Positions 60,063-64,000 of a DNA stretch of 64,000 bases are shown piece by piece. The notes under the pieces are model-generated. The model made no database searches. It was not told the origin of the DNA and saw only the letters and a list, made by a program, of their open reading frames with translations. The position numbers and the translations under genes are program-made. Source of the DNA: Promethearchaeati archaeon (GTDB lineage Archaea > Asgardarchaeota > Heimdallarchaeia > Heimdallarchaeales > Heimdallarchaeaceae); NCBI GenBank assembly GCA_013166775.1, contig JABLTJ010000002.1, positions 1 through 64,000 on the forward strand, read 5' to 3'. Position 1 is the first letter of the stretch, and every line of letters begins with the position of its first letter.

Positions 60063-60659
60063 ATGGATTGTAAATTCTGCAAACTTGAAAAGATTGACAT
60101 TCAGGAAGATGGAATTACTTTCAAATGTTCATACTGTGGATATGCTTTCGAATCTTCACGAACGGGGATTTTGTATGATAAAATGATGCAAATGCCTCTA
60201 AATTCATGGTTACTTGCTTCAATCTTATGGTTCTGTGCTATGTTAACAGGAGTTGCTTTTGGCGCAGGATTTAATACAGCATCATTAAGTACAACTATTC
60301 TATTTCTCTTTATTTATGGTGGTGCAGCTTTTCTTTTTGGTTTCTCAACTTCATTAGATATGTTACAAACCTCTTGGATATGGTTTAGAAATAAAATCAC
60401 TAGGAAGCAAACATCCTTTGAAGAAGTAAAGGAAGAGGTACGAGAAATAAGGAAAAAGAAAATAGTAAAAGAAATGGCAACTGGTCAAGCGCTTGATGAC
60501 GCAACTGGACAGGCAATTGAGACAGATATTCGTCCAGGTGAGAGGAGAGTACCCAAAATTTCTCCTTCATTTCTAGCAGGATTATATACTTTAATTCTTG
60601 GTGCAGCATTTATTATCGTATTTAATGTATTCTTTCCACCTTTTATATGGGGAATTTAA
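60063..60659 (+). CDS. Zn-ribbon + 3-TM membrane protein
   Basis: CKFC...CSYCG at the N-terminus, two TM helices, a charged loop, then a C-terminal TM. GGTG RBS. Confidence 0.75.
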   Translation: MDCKFCKLEKIDIQEDGITFKCSYCGYAFESSRTGILYDKMMQMPLNSWLLASILWFCAMLTGVAFGAGFNTASLSTTILFLFIYGGAAFLFGFSTSLDMLQTSWIWFRNKITRKQTSFEEVKEEVREIRKKKIVKEMATGQALDDATGQAIETDIRPGERRVPKISPSFLAGLYTLILGAAFIIVFNVFFPPFIWGI

Positions 60660-61516
60660 TCCCATAATTCTTTATTTCGTAACATTTTTAGATATTTAAT
60701 ATTGTCAGAATCTCCTCGTATTTCATTAACAGGAGTTTCAAGGATCCAAGGTTTTTTACTCAGCAAAGGATGATTTACTAGTTCTTTAAATCCCGTTTCC
60801 CCTATTTTTCCCAAACCAATATGTTCATGGTTATCTCTGTGCGATCCAAGATCTCCTGTTGAATCATTAGCGTGAATTATAGCAACGTTTTCAATTCCTA
60901 TCAAAGATTCCATTTCTTCAAGAGTATTAATAACTCCTTTTTTATTTTGTAAATCATAACCTGCACTGAAAGCATGACATGTATCAAAACAAACTTGGAC
61001 AACTTTCTTATCATTAACTTCATTTAATATTCTCATAATATCGGGAAAAACTCCAGTTATAGAGTTTTTACTCCCAGATGAATTCTCAATTAGAATAACA
61101 ACCTTACCTTTTGTAATTTCCACACCCTTCAGAATTGAATTAACATAAGTTTCAAATCCTTGTTCTTTTGCACTTCCTTTATATGACCCACCATGTATGA
61201 TAAAATAAGGAATGTGTAAAGTTAGACTCCTTTCAAGTTCTAAGAGAAATGAATTGATAGATTTTTCATATATTTCTTTACTTTGAGATGCAAGATTTGG
61301 CAGGTATGATATATGACTCACAACTGGGAACAAAATCTTGTGATTTAATTGATCTCTGAAGCTATAGACCTCGTTATCATTTAGTTGTCTTGCTGACCAC
61401 CCTCTTGGATTCTTTGTGAAAATTTGAAAGGTATTGCAGTTGAGTTTCTTTGCTCTATCAAATGCAAGATCTACTGAACCAGAAATTGATACATGACATC
61501 CAACTCTAAATACCAT
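60656..61516 (-). CDS. nfo: Endonuclease IV (AP endonuclease)
   Basis: GCHVSISG, QIFTKNPR, HISYLPNL, IENS, CFDTCHAF, HANDS, DNHEHIG, ILETP. Confidence 0.95.
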   Translation of the reverse strand: MVFRVGCHVSISGSVDLAFDRAKKLNCNTFQIFTKNPRGWSARQLNDNEVYSFRDQLNHKILFPVVSHISYLPNLASQSKEIYEKSINSFLLELERSLTLHIPYFIIHGGSYKGSAKEQGFETYVNSILKGVEITKGKVVILIENSSGSKNSITGVFPDIMRILNEVNDKKVVQVCFDTCHAFSAGYDLQNKKGVINTLEEMESLIGIENVAIIHANDSTGDLGSHRDNHEHIGLGKIGETGFKELVNHPLLSKKPWILETPVNEIRGDSDNIKYLKMLRNKELWD

Positions 61517-61538
61517 TCATCTTACTTCCCATTTGAAA

Positions 61539-62528
61539 TTAAAACTCATATGAAATGGCTAACTTCATGTATTTTTTTGTAGTTTGAATTAATTGTGTCT
61601 TTTCTTTTTCTAGAATATCTTGCAGAGAGAGGGAACAATATACTTTTGCTCTGACATATGCTCTATATGACTTATAGAATTGAATAAAGGACGACGAAAT
61701 ATTCATTTCATCTTTCATAGTTTCTAAATAGGTTTGAAGATATAAATCTGATAAAGTATTAAATCCAAAATAATCCAAGTCCATTGCCAAAAAAGATACT
61801 TCTTCAAGTATATCTTGTAACCTTAACATTTCATTGAATTCAATACAGTCGAAGATTAAAATTTCTGTCTCATATTCGAAGATATTCGCAAGAATCAAAT
61901 CACCATGACCATCCACTATTTTGTTTAAATTTTTCCTTTTTTCCCAGAAATCTTTGTTGTTCTCAAGAAATTTGTATACTCGTTCTTCCAGTTCTTTATC
62001 ATAAGGGAAATTAGGATATTTTCGAGTAGTTCTGAAATTTTCATCCCATTTTTCATATATAGAATCATAAATTGAAAATTCTGGATAGATTACATTTGAT
62101 TTATGAAATTCTGCTACAGTTTTAGCTATTTTTCTTATTGTGTTTTCTTCTATCTTTCCTAATTCTTTCAGTTTATTTGATAATAAAGAATCTTGTGGAA
62201 GTTGTTTCATCTTTACGAGATATTCAATAGGATTCCCTTTAGGATTAATTTTTCCTATTTCATCAACCATCTCAACCCCTAGGTAAATTGAAGGAGCTAA
62301 TCTAGTGTTTAGAACAATTTCATTTTCACATACAATTCGTCTTTTTTCTAGAGTTGAAAAATCTAGTACATCTCCGAATTTTATACTTTTCTTCATTTTG
62401 TATGCAAATAATCCTGTTAGAAATACCCAGTTTCCATTTGTTTCAATAACTTTTATCTCTGATTCAGTTTCATGTGGATAACTAGCTGGATCAAGTAATT
62501 TATTCACTACTTCTTTTTGAGAGAGCAT
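61539..62528 (-). CDS. Aminoglycoside-phosphotransferase-like kinase (N-terminal module of the usually fused APH + AAA_33 protein)
   Basis: IET..WVFLTG.FAYKMKK, LDFSTLEKR, E..LN.RLAP..YL, DGHGDL...NI, FDCIEFN, FLAMDL, YRAYVRAKV. Confidence 0.85.
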   Translation of the reverse strand: MLSQKEVVNKLLDPASYPHETESEIKVIETNGNWVFLTGLFAYKMKKSIKFGDVLDFSTLEKRRIVCENEIVLNTRLAPSIYLGVEMVDEIGKINPKGNPIEYLVKMKQLPQDSLLSNKLKELGKIEENTIRKIAKTVAEFHKSNVIYPEFSIYDSIYEKWDENFRTTRKYPNFPYDKELEERVYKFLENNKDFWEKRKNLNKIVDGHGDLILANIFEYETEILIFDCIEFNEMLRLQDILEEVSFLAMDLDYFGFNTLSDLYLQTYLETMKDEMNISSSFIQFYKSYRAYVRAKVYCSLSLQDILEKEKTQLIQTTKKYMKLAISYEF

Positions 62529-63078
62529 TGCTAATCATTTCTAGAATTTTATTGTGATCTGTTGCCATATTAACTTCGATATAATCTAGCTTTGTAGGCT
62601 CAAACATATCTCTGAATTTTTCATAAACATTCGAATCAGCATCACTTAAAGTTTTCCTATTTCTCTTTGCTCTTTCTTCGAATCTTTTTCTTATAAGGCT
62701 TTCAGGACATGTTACTAGTACTAGTAGGAATTTAGCCTCGAAACGAGCACTTATTCTTTTTACTTTACTTCGAAGTCGTTCTTGGTAAAACGTCCCATCA
62801 AGAACACAACCTACACCATGTTTCAGAAGAGTATAAAGAACATAATTGATAGTATCATAAACAACCAACCTTTGTCTAACAGAATACGAGCCCCTTCCGA
62901 AAGAATCTTCTCTCACATCTTTGAAAATCCTTTTTCTAACTGAATCAGTACTAATGTGCTCTAATCTATATTTTCTAGCAATCTTTCTAGCTAAAGTGGA
63001 CTTGCCAGTTCCTGGTAATCCAACTAGTAGAATAACTAAGGGGGGTCTTCTCTTAATTCTTGCAGAGATTAGATTCAC
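62500..63078 (-). CDS. AAA_33 / P-loop kinase (polynucleotide/gluconate kinase-like)
   Basis: GLPGTGKSTLA, STDSVRK, VLDGTF, SDAD. GTG at 63078 overlaps the upstream TGA. Confidence 0.85.
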   Translation of the reverse strand: MNLISARIKRRPPLVILLVGLPGTGKSTLARKIARKYRLEHISTDSVRKRIFKDVREDSFGRGSYSVRQRLVVYDTINYVLYTLLKHGVGCVLDGTFYQERLRSKVKRISARFEAKFLLVLVTCPESLIRKRFEERAKRNRKTLSDADSNVYEKFRDMFEPTKLDYIEVNMATDHNKILEMISNALSKRSSE

Positions 63079-63998
63079 TTCCTTTTGGCATGTTCGGGGC
63101 ACAAGATTTGTGTTTCCTCTTTAAACATTCCTTTCTTTAAATGCTCCTTTGCATGCCTCTTACAAATATTTTTCCCACAAGAAGAACACTTATTTAAGTG
63201 ATCTTTGCAGCTAAAATCATCACAGAAATCACATTTTGTTGCGTCCTCTGAGGATATCACACTCTTACAAGTTGAGCATACTACTGCATGATTTGAACAT
63301 ATCGTTTTCTTTGAAATAGAGTCTTCAATTGTGTGATCTTGACATAAAACTTTCCCACATACAGAACAGACATCAGGAGTGGAAACAAATAGCATTTTTG
63401 TAGATTTCTGCTCTAAGCAAATTTCACAAAGTAAATGAACTTCAGTTCCTAAAGCAGATTCAGCTATTCCCTTTAACGTTAGATCATTTCCTCTGGAATC
63501 TACCAAAGATACTTCAGCTAACGATACAGGAATATAAATCTGAGCAGCATAAATATCCTTTATTTCACTTGCCCTCGGTAAAATGAATTCTTTTTTGTTC
63601 ACCATTTCTTGGACATTCTGTAATAATTTTATTTTTGGAGTAGCATTTATTTGAGCATCTAATGTTTTAATTCGTCTAATACCTTCTTCAACTTCCTTAA
63701 CGTAATTTTTTACAACTTCTGGACCATATTTAAGAGTTTCAATAGCTTTATTATAATCTCCAACATCACGGGTACTCTTATACTTGAACTTATCTTGCAT
63801 CAGTGGTTTTAGAACAACATACAAGCCTTTAGCCTGTTCGATTTTTGCTTGAAATTGTTTTACTTTCTTTCTCTTTTCATTAATTGCTGTCCAGAGTTGA
63901 TTTCGTTCTTTTGTTAATTCCTCTATCCAATTTTTAATTTCAGCTTCATGTTCCTTTTCAAGTTTCACTAAGCCTTCTTCTATAGCAGAACTCCATGC
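63075..63998 (-). CDS. Coiled-coil protein with C-terminal Cys/His zinc-binding repeats, 5'-truncated by window edge
   Basis: Frame is open to the window end. Heptad-rich region, then CSVCGKVLCQDH, CSTC, CDFCDDFSCKDH, CSSCGKNICKRH, LCPEH. Confidence 0.8.
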   Translation of the reverse strand, partial: AWSSAIEEGLVKLEKEHEAEIKNWIEELTKERNQLWTAINEKRKKVKQFQAKIEQAKGLYVVLKPLMQDKFKYKSTRDVGDYNKAIETLKYGPEVVKNYVKEVEEGIRRIKTLDAQINATPKIKLLQNVQEMVNKKEFILPRASEIKDIYAAQIYIPVSLAEVSLVDSRGNDLTLKGIAESALGTEVHLLCEICLEQKSTKMLFVSTPDVCSVCGKVLCQDHTIEDSISKKTICSNHAVVCSTCKSVISSEDATKCDFCDDFSCKDHLNKCSSCGKNICKRHAKEHLKKGMFKEETQILCPEHAKRK

Positions 63999-64000
63999 TT

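Noticed and set aside
1-64000. CRISPR arrays, tRNA/rRNA genes, intact transposases or integrases
   Set aside because: No regularly spaced 25-40-bp repeats, no GC-rich structured RNA-like segments and no transposase/integrase motifs were seen by eye; tRNAscan/Infernal could not be run.

Overview
AT-rich (roughly 30-33% GC by eye), gene-dense archaeal DNA, most likely Asgard archaea (Heimdallarchaeia-like). The basis is a Rab-like GTPase, an Arf-like GTPase fused to a longin-like domain, two membrane-anchored ZnF-RING proteins, an archaeal class III signal-peptide pilin, GGTG/GAGG ribosome-binding sites and frequent TTG/GTG starts. About 55 CDSs, mostly accessory enzymes (GNATs, PNPOx-fold proteins, methyltransferases, hydrolases). 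Also present: a DNA-repair patch (Fpg/Nei with Val2, DUF4332, double-length UvrA), a hydroxyproline dehydratase (HypD-like) glycyl radical enzyme with its activase, an ABC-2 exporter, hypB/hypA, and a Cys-rich protein/kinase/kinase/endonuclease IV operon. No rRNA, tRNA, CRISPR array or intact mobile element was seen. The best candidate for an undescribed system is the minus-strand cluster at 43588-48711: a 901-aa membrane protein built from shuffled 'TM hairpin + amphipathic helix' repeats, translationally coupled to a multi-pass ZnF-RING protein that shares those modules, followed by a YdjI-type SPFH/zinc-ribbon protein. This could be a membrane-remodelling or ubiquitin quality-control module. 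Other candidates are a solenoid + Arf-longin + Zn-ribbon membrane protein cluster (56.7-60.7 kb) and a degenerate nucleotidyltransferase + NTase-ATPase pair (49.9-52.2 kb). Family assignments come from motif recognition, not database searches.
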